Counted from the stretch's first letter, positions 38,997 to 48,942 are shown. The stretch is DNA of 64,000 bases from Pseudomonadota bacterium (GCA_039815865.1 JBCBYM010000001.1:3933-67932), one strand, 5' to 3'. Notes: generated from the sequence alone by a model not told the origin. Numbers and translations are program-made.

Positions 38997-40847
38997 ATGA
39001 GAGGAATGGGTCAGCCAGAGCCATTTGTATTGCTTGATGACGCGCGCGAAAGCGGAGCCTCGGGCTCACGCGCGGCGCACGCGCTCGTCTATCGCGGCCC
39101 CAGCGAGGTATTCGCCGCCTATCACGCCGACGCTGTCGAAACCGCTCTGGCCGCAGCCGAGGCTGCGCGCAGCGAAGGCCGCGGGCATCTGGCGGGCTTT
39201 ATCGCCTATGAAGCGGGCCTGGCGCTTGAGCCAAAACTTGCCTCATTAGCCGACGCGCGCAGCGCAGCGGCGGGGCCGCTCGTCTGGCTCGGCCTGTTCG
39301 AAGATGAACCGGAACGGATCGCGCCCGATGATGTGCCCGCCTGGCTCGACGCGCGAAGCGAAGGGTCCGCAACGCTCGGCCCGCTCACCCCGCAGCTTTC
39401 GCCCGGCGGCTATGTCGAAGCGTTCGAGACCCTGCGCGCCGCGATCCACGCGGGCGACATCTATCAGGCGAACCTAACCTACCCGCTCGCCGGGTCCTAT
39501 CGCGGCGATCCGATCGCGCTTTACGCGCAGCTGCGAGCGGCTGCGAAAGCGGGCTATGGCGGCTTGGTGTTTTATGGCACGCATTGGCTCTTGAGCTTCT
39601 CGCCCGAACTGTTTGTGGCGCTGGAAGGGGACGCGGATGGCTTTCGGGCCAAGGTCAAGCCGATGAAGGGCACACGGCCGCGCGGGGGCGATGCCGCCTC
39701 GGACGCCGCGCTCAAGCAAGAGCTTTCCGCCTCGGTGAAGGACCGCGCAGAGAACCTCATGATCGTAGACCTGATGCGCAACGACCTTGCGCGCGTGGCG
39801 GTGCCGGGCAGCGTCGAGGTGGAGGCGCCCTTCGCGGTGGAGAGCTATCCGACGGTGCACCAGATGGTCTCCAGCGTGCGCGCCACGCTGGCGCCGGGGA
39901 AAGGGGCGATGGACTTGGTGCGCGCGCTCTTCCCCTGCGGCTCGATCACCGGCGCGCCCAAGATCCGGGCGATGGAGCTGATCCACGAGGTCGAGCGCGA
40001 CGCGCGTGGGCCCTATTGCGGCGCCGTTGGGCGTATCGATGCGGCGGGGTCGGCGGCCTTCAATGTCGCGATCCGAAGCCTGAGGCTTACCCCCATCGAG
40101 AACCAGCAAGGCACGGCCGTTCTCGGCGTGGGGTCAGCCATTGTGGCGGACAGCGATCCGCTTGCCGAGCGGCGCGAATGCGAGGTGAAAGCGGGCTTTG
40201 CACGGGCCTCGTCACCCGATCTCACCGCTCCCGGCTTTGACCTGATCGAGACGATGGAGTTCAACCCGGAAATCGGCATCGCGCTGTTGGAGCTGCATTT
40301 GGAGCGGATGAAAAGAAGCGCGGCTCAGCTGGGTTTCGAGTTCGACCGCCACGCCGCGCGCAATCAGATACAGGCGTTGTGTTTTGAGCTCGACAAGCCG
40401 GCCAAGCTGCGCCTGCTCACCGCGCGCAACGGGGCAACCGCGCTCGAGACCTCGCCGCTGCCCGCAGCCTTTGCAGAGGCGGTGCCCGTTGTGGCGCTGC
40501 CGCACCCGCTTGACCCATCGGACTGGCGCCTGGCGCACAAGACATCGGATCGCGGCTTTTACGAGGATGCGCTCAAGGCCGGGCGAGTGATGGGCGCTGA
40601 GGAAACCATCCTTGTGCGCGAGGATGGGCTGGTGACCGAAGGGTGTTGGACCACCATCTTTGTTGAGCGCGATGGCGTGCTCCTCACCCCGCCCGCGACG
40701 CTGGGGCTTCTGCCGGGCGTCTTGCGCGCCTTTCTGATCGAAAAGGGCCAGGCCAAAGAGTCCGAACTCACTCTCGATGACCTTGCGGATGGCTTTATCC
40801 TTGGCAACGCGGTACGCGGCCTGTTCGCGGCGAAACTCCTTGTATGA
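38997..40847 (+). CDS. pabB: aminodeoxychorismate synthase component I fused to a class IV aminotransferase/ADC lyase domain
   Basis: [46 protein letters not shown]-terminal LIETM..HLERM, HKTSDR, GLLPG. Confidence 0.9.
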   Translation: MRGMGQPEPFVLLDDARESGASGSRAAHALVYRGPSEVFAAYHADAVETALAAAEAARSEGRGHLAGFIAYEAGLALEPKLASLADARSAAAGPLVWLGLFEDEPERIAPDDVPAWLDARSEGSATLGPLTPQLSPGGYVEAFETLRAAIHAGDIYQANLTYPLAGSYRGDPIALYAQLRAAAKAGYGGLVFYGTHWLLSFSPELFVALEGDADGFRAKVKPMKGTRPRGGDAASDAALKQELSASVKDRAENLMIVDLMRNDLARVAVPGSVEVEAPFAVESYPTVHQMVSSVRATLAPGKGAMDLVRALFPCGSITGAPKIRAMELIHEVERDARGPYCGAVGRIDAAGSAAFNVAIRSLRLTPIENQQGTAVLGVGSAIVADSDPLAERRECEVKAGFARASSPDLTAPGFDLIETMEFNPEIGIALLELHLERMKRSAAQLGFEFDRHAARNQIQALCFELDKPAKLRLLTARNGATALETSPLPAAFAEAVPVVALPHPLDPSDWRLAHKTSDRGFYEDALKAGRVMGAEETILVREDGLVTEGCWTTIFVERDGVLLTPPATLGLLPGVLRAFLIEKGQAKESELTLDDLADGFILGNAVRGLFAAKLLV

Positions 40848-41551
40848 TCGCCCAGCCCCCACGCACCCGCGCCCAAGAGATAAGTATGACCATCCCCATC
40901 CTCTATGAAGACGGCGAAGCGCTGGTGATCAACAAGCCTGCCGGCCTGCCGATTGAACAGCCCCGGCGCGGGGGTGCGAGCCTTGAAGACCATCTCTACA
41001 GCCTCAAGCTGGGCTTTCAACGCGCGCCCATGCCGGTGCACCGGCTCGACACGGACACCAGCGGCTGCCTGCTTCTGGCGCGCAATCCCAAGGCTCTGAA
41101 GCGCTTCAACAAGGCGTTTGAGGATCGGCTGGTGACCAAGACCTATCTTGCCATTCTTGCAGGCCACCCCGAGGGTGAGGAGGGCACGATCCGCCTCAAG
41201 CTCGCCAAGATCAGCTCTGAAGCGAAGGGCTGGCGGATGATTGCGGCCAAGAAGGGCAAAGAAGCGGTCTCGCACTGGGAATTGGCGCACAAGCTCGGGC
41301 CAAACGCGCTCATTCGTTTCAGCCCGGAAACGGGGCGCACGCACCAGTTACGGATTCACGCGCTCAAGGGATTGGGCGCGCCGCTCTTGGGTGATCCGAT
41401 TTATGGTTCGGAACAGCAGCGCGGAAGGGGCGCGGCGCGCACCATGCTCCACGCCTCCGGCCTTATTGTCCAGCGCGAGGGCAAACCCGCGATCGAAGCG
41501 CACGCGCCTTTGCCGGCGGACTTCACAGCTATGGGCGCGAGCGATGGATAA
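40844..41551 (+). CDS. RluA-family RNA pseudouridine synthase
   Basis: NKPAGL, VHRLDTDTSG, PETGRTHQLRIH, GDPIYG, MLHA. Confidence 0.92.
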   Translation: MIAQPPRTRAQEISMTIPILYEDGEALVINKPAGLPIEQPRRGGASLEDHLYSLKLGFQRAPMPVHRLDTDTSGCLLLARNPKALKRFNKAFEDRLVTKTYLAILAGHPEGEEGTIRLKLAKISSEAKGWRMIAAKKGKEAVSHWELAHKLGPNALIRFSPETGRTHQLRIHALKGLGAPLLGDPIYGSEQQRGRGAARTMLHASGLIVQREGKPAIEAHAPLPADFTAMGASDG

Positions 41552-41960
41552 AGACCTTCTCGATCGCGCGCATGCGATGGCGGAGGAGAGCTTTCTGGCC
41601 GGCTCGGGCCCCGGCGGGCAAAACGCCAACAAGGTTGCCACCGAAGTGCAATTGCGCGTCAACGCCTACCATCTGCGCCTGCCGCCGACCGTCTTTGCCC
41701 GGCTGCGCGAGATTGCAGGCTCCAAGCTCACCGCTGCGGGCGATCTTCTGATCACCGCGCGCCAGCACCGCACGCAGGACGCCAACCGTCAGGCCGCTCG
41801 CGCCAAGCTGGACGAGCTGCTCGAGGCCGCGCATCGCGCACCCAAGCGCCGCGCCAAGACCCGGGTGAACCGCGTGGGCAAGGTCCAGCGCCTCAAGACC
41901 AAGAAGGCGCGCGGGCAAGTGAAGGCCAATCGCGGCAAGCCCTCGCGCAGCGATTGGTAG
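41544..41960 (+). CDS. arfB: alternative ribosome rescue factor B
   Basis: SGPGGQNANKV (GGQ motif) and a basic C-terminal tail. Start overlaps the rluA-like stop. Confidence 0.93.
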   Translation: MDKDLLDRAHAMAEESFLAGSGPGGQNANKVATEVQLRVNAYHLRLPPTVFARLREIAGSKLTAAGDLLITARQHRTQDANRQAARAKLDELLEAAHRAPKRRAKTRVNRVGKVQRLKTKKARGQVKANRGKPSRSDW

Positions 41961-41992
41961 ATCGCACAAGGCCCGTCCAAGCCCAGATTGGC

Positions 41993-42021
41993 TTGACTTT
42001 TCCCCCAGAATCACACAAAGG
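41993..42021 (+). promoter_or_regulatory. sigma70-type promoter candidate for rpmG
   Basis: TTGACT at 41993-41998 with a degenerate -10 about 17 nt downstream. Confidence 0.45.
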
Positions 42022-42114
42022 CGCGCGTCTGTAAGGCGGCGTGCTGCGCCGCCGTTTGTTTTTTGGCCGCTTCCCTATTGGAAAGAGCCACCACCCGATC
42101 TTTAGGAAACCGCT

Positions 42115-42282
42115 ATGGCGAAGCCCGCAACCGTCAAGATCAAGCTCGTCTCGACCGAGGGCACGGGCTTTTACTACGTGACCAAGAAGAACCCGCGCAA
42201 CACGACCGAGAAGATGGTGCTCCGCAAGTACGATCCGGTCGCCAAGAAGCACGTCGAGTTCAAGGAAGCGAAGATCAAGTAA
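42115..42282 (+). CDS. rpmG: 50S ribosomal protein L33 (Cys-free form)
   Basis: [61 protein letters not shown]. Below the ORF-track length cutoff. Confidence 0.97.
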   Translation: MAKPATVKIKLVSTEGTGFYYVTKKNPRNTTEKMVLRKYDPVAKKHVEFKEAKIK

Positions 42283-42372
42283 GCTCCACAGGAGCTGACC
42301 CCACGGGAGCTGATCCCGCGGGGGCCAGACCCTCAGGGGCCAAACCCATAAGGGCTGTGCCTTGCGGGTCTC
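42283..42372 (+). repeat. six degenerate 15-bp tandem units, each a mini inverted repeat
   Basis: gctccacaggagctg accccacgggagctg atcccgcgggggcca gaccctcaggggcca aacccataagggctg tgccttgcgggtctc. Confidence 0.75.
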
Positions 42373-42427
42373 GACACTCTCGCACCTTTTTGATTCAGCC
42401 GCTATTCAATCCCCGTACGACAAGGCG

Positions 42428-43117
42428 ATGGGCATGATACGGCTGACTTCTCACTTCCGAACCCTTCCCCTCCGGCTTGCCGCTGGGGGCGCTCTGGCGC
42501 TTGGCGCGCTGGGTGTGACCGGCACGGCTTTGCTTGCGCCCAGCGCTCCAGTCGCCGCGCAAAGCTCTGCGGGCGATCTTGATCGCGCGGTGGCCGCCTT
42601 GCGCAGCATATCGACCATGCGCGCCGATTTCACGCAGACCGATCAGCGAGGCCAGATGGCGCGCGGCGTGCTCACTTTGAAACGGCCGGGCAAGATTCGC
42701 TTCGATTACGGCCAGGATGCCGACCTGCTCGTCGTCTCCAACGGCAAATCGCTTTACATGGTCGATTATGAGGTCAACCAGGTCGAGCGTTGGCCGGTGA
42801 AGAACTCGCCGCTCGGCGCGCTGCTTGATCCCAATCGCGATGTGAAGCGCTATGGCACACTGGTGCCCACGGGTAGCCCGGACGTGATCAGCATCATCGT
42901 CAAGGATCCCAAGCGGCCCGAATATGGCGCTATCAATCTGATTTTCTTGAGCAATTCAAGAGCGCCCGGTGGCCTGCAGCTGGTCAATTGGGTGGCGCAG
43001 GACGCGCAGAATTATCGCACCACGGTTCGGCTTTCGAATCATCGCTATGGCGTATCAATTGCAGAAAGCACCTTTCAATTCCGTGACCCCAGGCGCACCA
43101 CTCGTCGCCCCAAGTGA
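42428..43117 (+). CDS. lolA: outer-membrane lipoprotein carrier LolA family
   Basis: Signal peptide, MRADFTQ, LKRPGKIRFDY, VSNGK, SPLGALL. Confidence 0.88.
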   Translation: MGMIRLTSHFRTLPLRLAAGGALALGALGVTGTALLAPSAPVAAQSSAGDLDRAVAALRSISTMRADFTQTDQRGQMARGVLTLKRPGKIRFDYGQDADLLVVSNGKSLYMVDYEVNQVERWPVKNSPLGALLDPNRDVKRYGTLVPTGSPDVISIIVKDPKRPEYGAINLIFLSNSRAPGGLQLVNWVAQDAQNYRTTVRLSNHRYGVSIAESTFQFRDPRRTTRRPK

Positions 43118-43204
43118 ACGTTTCAACCCTGTTAGGTTGTACGTATGCGACAGAACTAGGGACGCGTTCATATAGCCGAAAGCCAGAATCGCCTATTACA
43201 TCTG

Positions 43205-43332
43205 AACAAGGCGGTTGAAGGCGGGTTTCCCCCCTGTTGCCCCATCCTTCGCAAGAGAGACGGCCTTGTACAAAGCGTGACGAACGCTCAAACGGAACCC
43301 CTGTCCCACCGCCCCCGGGACAGGGGTTTTTT
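43205..43332 (+). ncRNA. candidate small structured RNA
   Basis: Nested stem ACAAGGC/GCCTTGT and GAAGG/CCTTC with a C-rich loop, an AGCGT/ACGCT hairpin, and a 12-bp terminator stem with a T-run. Confidence 0.5.
43296..43332 (+). terminator. Rho-independent terminator
   Basis: AACCCCTGTCCC / GGGACAGGGGTT perfect stem followed by TTTT. Confidence 0.88.
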
Positions 43333-43377
43333 CTTGGAAAGCCAGAGCCCTTAAACGCCCCCGTGGAAAGAGGCCTG

Positions 43378-44823
43378 TTACTCTTCCCAGCCAAACGCCT
43401 TGCGGATGACGCTGTAAATGAGGTTCTGCTCCATCACCCCGCGCACGCGCTCAGCGCCCGGCCCCTGCGCATACAGCGCGACGTCTTCACCCGCATGCGT
43501 CTCGCTGCCCAGAGGGATCGCCGATTGCTGGCGCGCGCCGATGCCCAGCGCCGGGACAGGGCGCTCAGCCATGTTGGCAATCGATCCCGGTCCGTTGGAA
43601 TAGCCGAGTGTGGTGTACGGCTTGCCGTCTTGCGCGGGCGTGGGTTCTTCGGTGTTCGAGATATCGCCATCGGGGGGCACCACCAAGCCAAGAATGTCGT
43701 TTCCGCGCCGGGGATAGCCTGCAATGGTGAACACGTGGCTGTGATCCGCCGTCACAAGGATCAGCGTCTCTTCGGGATCGGTGGTGTCGATCGCGTGCTG
43801 GATCGCGCGGGCAAACTCGACTGTCTCCTCCAGCGCAAAGCCCGCTTTACCGGCGTGGTGCGCGTGATCGATCCGCCCCGCCTCAACCATCAGATAGTAG
43901 CCGTCCGGATCGCTCTTCAGCCGCGTGATGGCTTGCGCGGTGAGATCGGTCAGCGTGGGTTCGGCCATGCCTTCTTCGCGCTCGGCAGTGTAGGTCATGT
44001 GGCTCTTGGTGAAGAGGCCAAACACCGGCCTGTCCATCGCCGCGGCCTCCAGGCTCGGCCGGTCCGCAACATAGGTACCGCCCGTGCGCGCGACCCATTG
44101 CGCGGGCAGGTTGGCGTCATCTGCGATCCGGCCGCCGCCATTATCCTTGCCAAAGAAAGCGACGCTGCCGCCGCCCATAGCGACGTCCCAATCCGCCTCG
44201 ATCAGCTGCGTGGCGATATCCTTGCAGCCTTTACCCTTCTGGTCTTCGCGGATCGCGCGGTCGGCTTCCCAATTGCGATCGGCGCTGCGCGCGTAGACGC
44301 TGGCGGGCGTGGCGTGCGTGATGCGCGCGGTCGAGACGATGCCGAGAGCCTTGCCCTTCGCCTTCACCTCTTCGCCCAGCAGCGGCAGCGGATTGGCAAG
44401 CGCGGTCTGACATTGGCCGCGGATGGTTTCCGGCCCCACGCCAATGAGGCCGATATTGGTCTTCAGACCCGAATGCATGGCGGTCGCGGTGCCCGCGCTG
44501 TCGGGCACCTGCGCGTTGGTGTTGTAGGTCTTGACCAGCGCGACGTTTTCAAAGTTTTCAAAGCTCAGCAGGTTTTCCTCGCCCGGCTCCCCGCGCTTCT
44601 GGCCTGCGTAAATGCGCGCGGCGGTGATAGTGGAGATGCCCATACCATCGCCAATGAACAGGATCACGTTCTTGGCGGTCTTCGCTCGCGGCGCCGGGGC
44701 AGCGGCAGCGGTAGGGGCTGCGCGCGGCGCGGCATACGTGTCCCCGGCCTGAATTACGCACCCGCCCAGCGGCAGCGCCGCTGCGAATGCCAAGGGGGCA
44801 AGAAAGCGTTTTACAGTCATCAT
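43378..44823 (-). CDS. phoA: alkaline phosphatase (PhoA family), lipoprotein
   Basis: LGGC lipobox, NVILFIGDGMG, VPDSAGTATAM, THATPA, MVEAGRIDHAHH, VTADHSH, THAGEDV. Confidence 0.92.
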   Translation of the reverse strand: MMTVKRFLAPLAFAAALPLGGCVIQAGDTYAAPRAAPTAAAAPAPRAKTAKNVILFIGDGMGISTITAARIYAGQKRGEPGEENLLSFENFENVALVKTYNTNAQVPDSAGTATAMHSGLKTNIGLIGVGPETIRGQCQTALANPLPLLGEEVKAKGKALGIVSTARITHATPASVYARSADRNWEADRAIREDQKGKGCKDIATQLIEADWDVAMGGGSVAFFGKDNGGGRIADDANLPAQWVARTGGTYVADRPSLEAAAMDRPVFGLFTKSHMTYTAEREEGMAEPTLTDLTAQAITRLKSDPDGYYLMVEAGRIDHAHHAGKAGFALEETVEFARAIQHAIDTTDPEETLILVTADHSHVFTIAGYPRRGNDILGLVVPPDGDISNTEEPTPAQDGKPYTTLGYSNGPGSIANMAERPVPALGIGARQQSAIPLGSETHAGEDVALYAQGPGAERVRGVMEQNLIYSVIRKAFGWEE

Positions 44824-44921
44824 CGGTCTCCGAAATCCATGCACCCGCCGCTATCGCGGGCAATTGTGACGGGCAAGCTAAAGCTTGTCGGCTCAGGCCT
44901 GCGCCCCTAAGTCCTTGCGCC

Positions 44922-45710
44922 ATGGTTTCTGTCGCCACCTGGAATATCAACTCGGCCCGTTTGCGCCTGCCGATCATCGCCAAGTACCTGAAGGATGAAG
45001 CACCTGACGTGCTGTGCCTCCAGGAAATCAAGTGCCAGGAAAGCCAGTTTCCAGCGAAAGCGCTGGCGCAGCTGGGCTATGAGCATCAGGCGATCTGCGG
45101 GCAAAAGGGCTATCACGGGGTCGCAACCGTCAGCCGCCTGCCGATCCGCGAGGTGTCCCGCCATGACTGGCAAGCCAATGGCGAAGCGCGCCATGTGGGT
45201 GTCGAACTGGTCGGCAAGGACGTGGTGATTGAGAACGTCTATGTCCCCGCCGGCGGCGACATTCCTGATCGCGAGAAGAACGTGAAATTCGGCCAAAAGC
45301 TCGATTTCCTTGGGCGGATGACCGAATGGGCGCAAGGCGTGAAGCGCCCAACCCTGATCGTCGGCGACTTCAACATTGCCCCGCTTGAGGCCGACGTGTG
45401 GAGCCACAAGCAGCTGTTGAAGGTCGTCAGCCACACCCCGATTGAGGTGGAGACGCTCGCGCGGTTTCAGGCTGCGCATGACTGGGTCGATCTGGGGCGG
45501 CAATTCGTGGCCGAGCCGACACGTTACTTCAGCTGGTGGTCCTACCGCTCACCCGAATGGCGCAAGAATGATCGCGGACGGCGTTTGGATCACATGTGGG
45601 CCTCGCCCAGCCTCGCCAAGCAGGCCACCGCGCACCGCATCCTTGAAGACGCGCGCGATTGGGAAAAGCCTTCCGATCACATCCCATTGGTGACTGAGTT
45701 CGACCTGTGA
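44922..45710 (+). CDS. xth: exodeoxyribonuclease III
   Basis: ATWNINS, LCLQEIK, GYHGVA, NVYVPAG, GDFNIAP, WWSYR, GRRLDH, SDHIP. Confidence 0.95.
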   Translation: MVSVATWNINSARLRLPIIAKYLKDEAPDVLCLQEIKCQESQFPAKALAQLGYEHQAICGQKGYHGVATVSRLPIREVSRHDWQANGEARHVGVELVGKDVVIENVYVPAGGDIPDREKNVKFGQKLDFLGRMTEWAQGVKRPTLIVGDFNIAPLEADVWSHKQLLKVVSHTPIEVETLARFQAAHDWVDLGRQFVAEPTRYFSWWSYRSPEWRKNDRGRRLDHMWASPSLAKQATAHRILEDARDWEKPSDHIPLVTEFDL

Positions 45711-46789
45711 GTGAGACTACGCCCCTCAACGCCTCCCCCGAACGGCGCGCGGCGCAGGCGGTGGATGCGCTGCGTCATGGCTGGCCGCTCGCCTTTGAAG
45801 GCGGCCCAACCTTGCTGCCTGTCGAAACCGCCATCGCAAGCGAGGCGAGAGCGCCGCTGATGCTCATTTCCGCCGCGCGCGCGGCCACGCTCAAACTGGC
45901 CAACCAGCGCGAGGCCGCCGTGCCGCACGCGCCCGTTCTCATCCGCGGGGGTGAGTCCTTTACGCTGCTTGACGGGCGCCCGATTGCCGATCCCTCGATG
46001 GACCTTGGCAACCCGCTCAAAGGTCCGTTCAAAGCTCAGGGCCTAAACTGGGACGATATCGCGCAGGCGGCGATGGAACTCGCCCGGATCGCTGGCATCC
46101 TGCCCGCTTTTCTGGTCGACCCAGACAGCGCGGGCGAAGCGCATTGCCTCAAGGCGACCGATCTGGCCGCTTACAAGGACACCGGCCATCTGCGCATCGT
46201 CACACGCGCGCGGCTGCCCGTTAGCGCGCACGAAGACGCCGAGATCATCGCCTTCCGCTCCACCGCTGACACGCGCGAGCATATCGCGCTGATCATCGGA
46301 GAACAGAGCGGGGATCGCGAGCCATTGGTGCGGCTGCATTCCGAATGTCTGACCGGCGACGTGCTGGGCAGCCTCAAGTGCGATTGCGGGCCGCAACTGG
46401 ACGCGGGGCTTGACGCGATGGCCAAGCACGCGCGCGAAGACGGCGGGTGGGGCGTGCTCCTCTATATGCGCCAGGAAGGGCGCGGGATCGGCCTTATCAA
46501 CAAGCTGCGCGCTTACCGTTTGCAGGATCAGGGCTTTGACACGGTGGATGCGAACAACCGGTTGGGCCTGCCTGACGAAGCGCGCGATTTTCCCGTGGCG
46601 GCGCGAATGCTTGAGCTGATCGGGGCGACCTCGCTCCGGCTGCTCACCAACAATCCGGCCAAGGTGAAAGCCCTCGAGGAAACCGGCATCACGGTGAGCG
46701 AGCGCGTGCATCACCAGCTTCCCGATAACCCGCACAACGCCAAATACCTCGCCACCAAGCGCGACCGCTCCGGGCATTTGCTGCTGTGA
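45707..46789 (+). CDS. ribA: GTP cyclohydrolase II with degenerate N-terminal RibB-like domain
   Basis: VRLHSECLTGD..GSLKCDCG, QEGRGIGLINK, LLTNNP.K. Confidence 0.93.
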   Translation: MSETTPLNASPERRAAQAVDALRHGWPLAFEGGPTLLPVETAIASEARAPLMLISAARAATLKLANQREAAVPHAPVLIRGGESFTLLDGRPIADPSMDLGNPLKGPFKAQGLNWDDIAQAAMELARIAGILPAFLVDPDSAGEAHCLKATDLAAYKDTGHLRIVTRARLPVSAHEDAEIIAFRSTADTREHIALIIGEQSGDREPLVRLHSECLTGDVLGSLKCDCGPQLDAGLDAMAKHAREDGGWGVLLYMRQEGRGIGLINKLRAYRLQDQGFDTVDANNRLGLPDEARDFPVAARMLELIGATSLRLLTNNPAKVKALEETGITVSERVHHQLPDNPHNAKYLATKRDRSGHLLL

Positions 46790-46827
46790 CATGCGCGGCA
46801 TGAAAGCGCGGCCATGAGCGGGCGGCC

Positions 46828-47340
46828 ATGAGCGGGCTGGGAACCCCCATCGCAATCCGCCCCGAGGCGCCGGGGGATGAGACGACCATCTTCGCTCTGA
46901 CGCAAGCCGCCTTTGCCGGCATGGAATTCTCCGACGGGACCGAGGGCTATATTGTCGATAAACTGCGCGAAGACGGGGACCTGACGCTCTCGCTGGTGGC
47001 GCTCGACCGGCTGCGTGTTGTCGGCCACATCGCGATTTCACCCGTGACGATCAGCGATGGGACCCCCGGTTGGTTCGGTCTTGGCCCGGTCTCGGTCGCG
47101 CCGGCCATGCAGCGCATGGGCATCGGCGGCCAGTTGATCCGCGCCGCCATCGCCGCCATGCGCGAGCGCGGGGCCAAAGGGATCGTGCTGCTGGGAAGCA
47201 CCGAGTATTATCCGCGCTTCGGCTTCAGGCATGAACCGCAACTACGCTATCCCGGCACGCCGCCCGAATACTTTCTGGGCCTGGTGCTGGACGGCGATTT
47301 GCCCGATGGCGAGGTTTCTTACTCTTCCGCTTTCGGCTGA
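46828..47340 (+). CDS. GNAT family N-acetyltransferase (YhbS-like)
   Basis: IRPE, VVGHI, LGPVSVAP..QRMGIG, LLGS..YYPRFGF. Confidence 0.9.
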   Translation: MSGLGTPIAIRPEAPGDETTIFALTQAAFAGMEFSDGTEGYIVDKLREDGDLTLSLVALDRLRVVGHIAISPVTISDGTPGWFGLGPVSVAPAMQRMGIGGQLIRAAIAAMRERGAKGIVLLGSTEYYPRFGFRHEPQLRYPGTPPEYFLGLVLDGDLPDGEVSYSSAFG

Positions 47341-47345
47341 GCGGA

Positions 47346-48395
47346 TCACCGCCGCTCGTATCGCGTCAGCCCTTCGGCAAGCCGATTGTCCGCCATTTGC
47401 ACGCGCGCGCCGGTCCAGTCGGCAAGGAAGGCGCTTTCGCGGCGAATGCCGGGGACGAAGCGCGCTTCATTGTTGCGGACCACCAGACCATCGGAATTGT
47501 GCAGGCTCGATTCCGCACCCAGCGCGATAAATGCGGAGTAGTTCTCCTTGTCGCGGCCCTGTATGAACCAGTTGTCCGCGATCACGCCTTTGCTCCCGGC
47601 GGGAAGATCGATCATGTAGTTCGTGCCCTGGCCCGCAGCGTCATCGAAGGAATTGTCCTCGATTACGACCCGGCCAGAGCGTGACTTGATGTAATGCCCG
47701 CCGCGCCCGCGCTCAAACCGGCTTTCGCGCACGGTCAGCTCGCCGAAATTGCCGATATAGAGCGAATGCGCGCAGCCTGATGAATTCTCGCACGTGCCAA
47801 GCCCGCTGAAGGTGGAGCGGATGATGTAGATCTTCGAGTCTGGATCGTTCGCCGACAAGATGCCCTGCTGGCTGTCAAGAAAGCGCGTGTAGGCCACGTT
47901 CAATTGGCCGCGCTCCAGCCGGATCCCGGCGCCATTGCCGTCGCGCACCGCGTAGTTGCGGAAGGTCAGCCCGCGCACTTCCGCGCCGATGCCGCGCAGC
48001 ACAAAGCCCGCTTTGCCCTCGCATGAGCGTCCCTCGAAGATCGCTGTGCCCGCTTTTTCGGCGATGTAGGTGATGACGCCCGCTTCCTGGACTGAGCATT
48101 CGCGATAGGTGCCCGGCGCAATGCGGATCGTGCCGCGCTGATCGCCAATTGCCTTCACCGCCGACTGGAGCGAGGAATAGGCCTTGCCGGTTTCGGTTAT
48201 GGTGAAGGGTTTGGCCGGGTTCTGGCCGGCGCTCTGAGCGCTCGCGCCGCTGCCCGGAAGCGCGCAGAGAGCCAGGGCTGCCAACAGGCCAGGCTTGGAC
48301 AGCAAGCGTGTGAGAAGCGAGGCCTTGGGCTCGCTCGATCGGGCTGTATGAGACCGGACTTCAACATAGGGCGAAAGGCGCAGAGCTTGGGTCAT
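47346..48395 (-). CDS. exported right-handed parallel beta-helix protein
   Basis: Signal-like hydrophobic stretch and repeated beta-helix turns (GAGIRLE, HSLYIG, HYIKSR, NYMIDLP). Start codon uncertain. Confidence 0.75.
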   Translation of the reverse strand: MTQALRLSPYVEVRSHTARSSEPKASLLTRLLSKPGLLAALALCALPGSGASAQSAGQNPAKPFTITETGKAYSSLQSAVKAIGDQRGTIRIAPGTYRECSVQEAGVITYIAEKAGTAIFEGRSCEGKAGFVLRGIGAEVRGLTFRNYAVRDGNGAGIRLERGQLNVAYTRFLDSQQGILSANDPDSKIYIIRSTFSGLGTCENSSGCAHSLYIGNFGELTVRESRFERGRGGHYIKSRSGRVVIEDNSFDDAAGQGTNYMIDLPAGSKGVIADNWFIQGRDKENYSAFIALGAESSLHNSDGLVVRNNEARFVPGIRRESAFLADWTGARVQMADNRLAEGLTRYERR

Positions 48396-48562
48396 GGTGC
48401 GAAGGTCTATCGCGCCTACACCGCGTGCCAAGCGCGTGGGCGCACCCTGTGCCGTTTCGGCGCAGCAATTCACCCTTGGCTTAACCCGGCGCTTGGGGTT
48501 ACACCCCTAGGCAAGCGCCATCAATAATGTATGGCATTAATCATCCACCGGAGAAGGATATC

Positions 48563-48931
48563 ATGAAGACACTTTCAAGGATCGCTGCGCTGGGCGCCCT
48601 TACGATTGCGCTGGCTGCGTGCGGGGGCGCTAGCGACACCGCGACCGATGAAACGCTGGAAACGGTCGAAACTCCGGCGCAAGAGGCGCTGGAGACAGTC
48701 GCCGAAGAACCCGTTGAAGACGAAGCCGCCGCCTTGGAAGAGGTGGAGGGCCCACCGGCTGTTTCCGAACAGGCCGCCGCCACCGCCGCTGAAAAAGCCG
48801 CAGCCGTTGCGCAAGAGGCCGAAGCCGCCGCCGCCGAAGCCGAAGCCGCTGTGAACGCCGCGCAAGAAGCCGCGGACGCGGCTAACAACGCGCTCGATGC
48901 GGTCGAAGATCTCGACGACGTGATCGACTGA
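48563..48931 (+). CDS. acidic Ala/Glu-rich lipoprotein
   Basis: GAAGGA SD, MKTLSRIAALGALTIALAACGG lipobox. Confidence 0.8.
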   Translation: MKTLSRIAALGALTIALAACGGASDTATDETLETVETPAQEALETVAEEPVEDEAAALEEVEGPPAVSEQAAATAAEKAAAVAQEAEAAAAEAEAAVNAAQEAADAANNALDAVEDLDDVID

Positions 48932-48942
48932 CGAGGCCGTTC

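Noticed and set aside
38997-40847. PabB-PabC fusion as a novelty
   Set aside because: This fusion type is already known in many bacteria.
42283-42372. CRISPR-like array
   Set aside because: Units are 15 bp, contiguous and degenerate, with no spacers and no cas genes.
42063-42437. 124-aa ORF with GADP-like pentapeptide repeats, or rpmG frameshift/read-through into the 15-bp array
   Set aside because: It overlaps rpmG out of frame and has no SD or slippery site. L33 ends at its normal length with TAA.
44840-44880. PHO box upstream of phoA
   Set aside because: Only one half-site (CCGTCAC), with no partner at 11-bp spacing.
45707-46200. Novel domain at the RibA N-terminus
   Set aside because: Best explained as the degenerate RibB-like domain already known in alphaproteobacterial RibA proteins.
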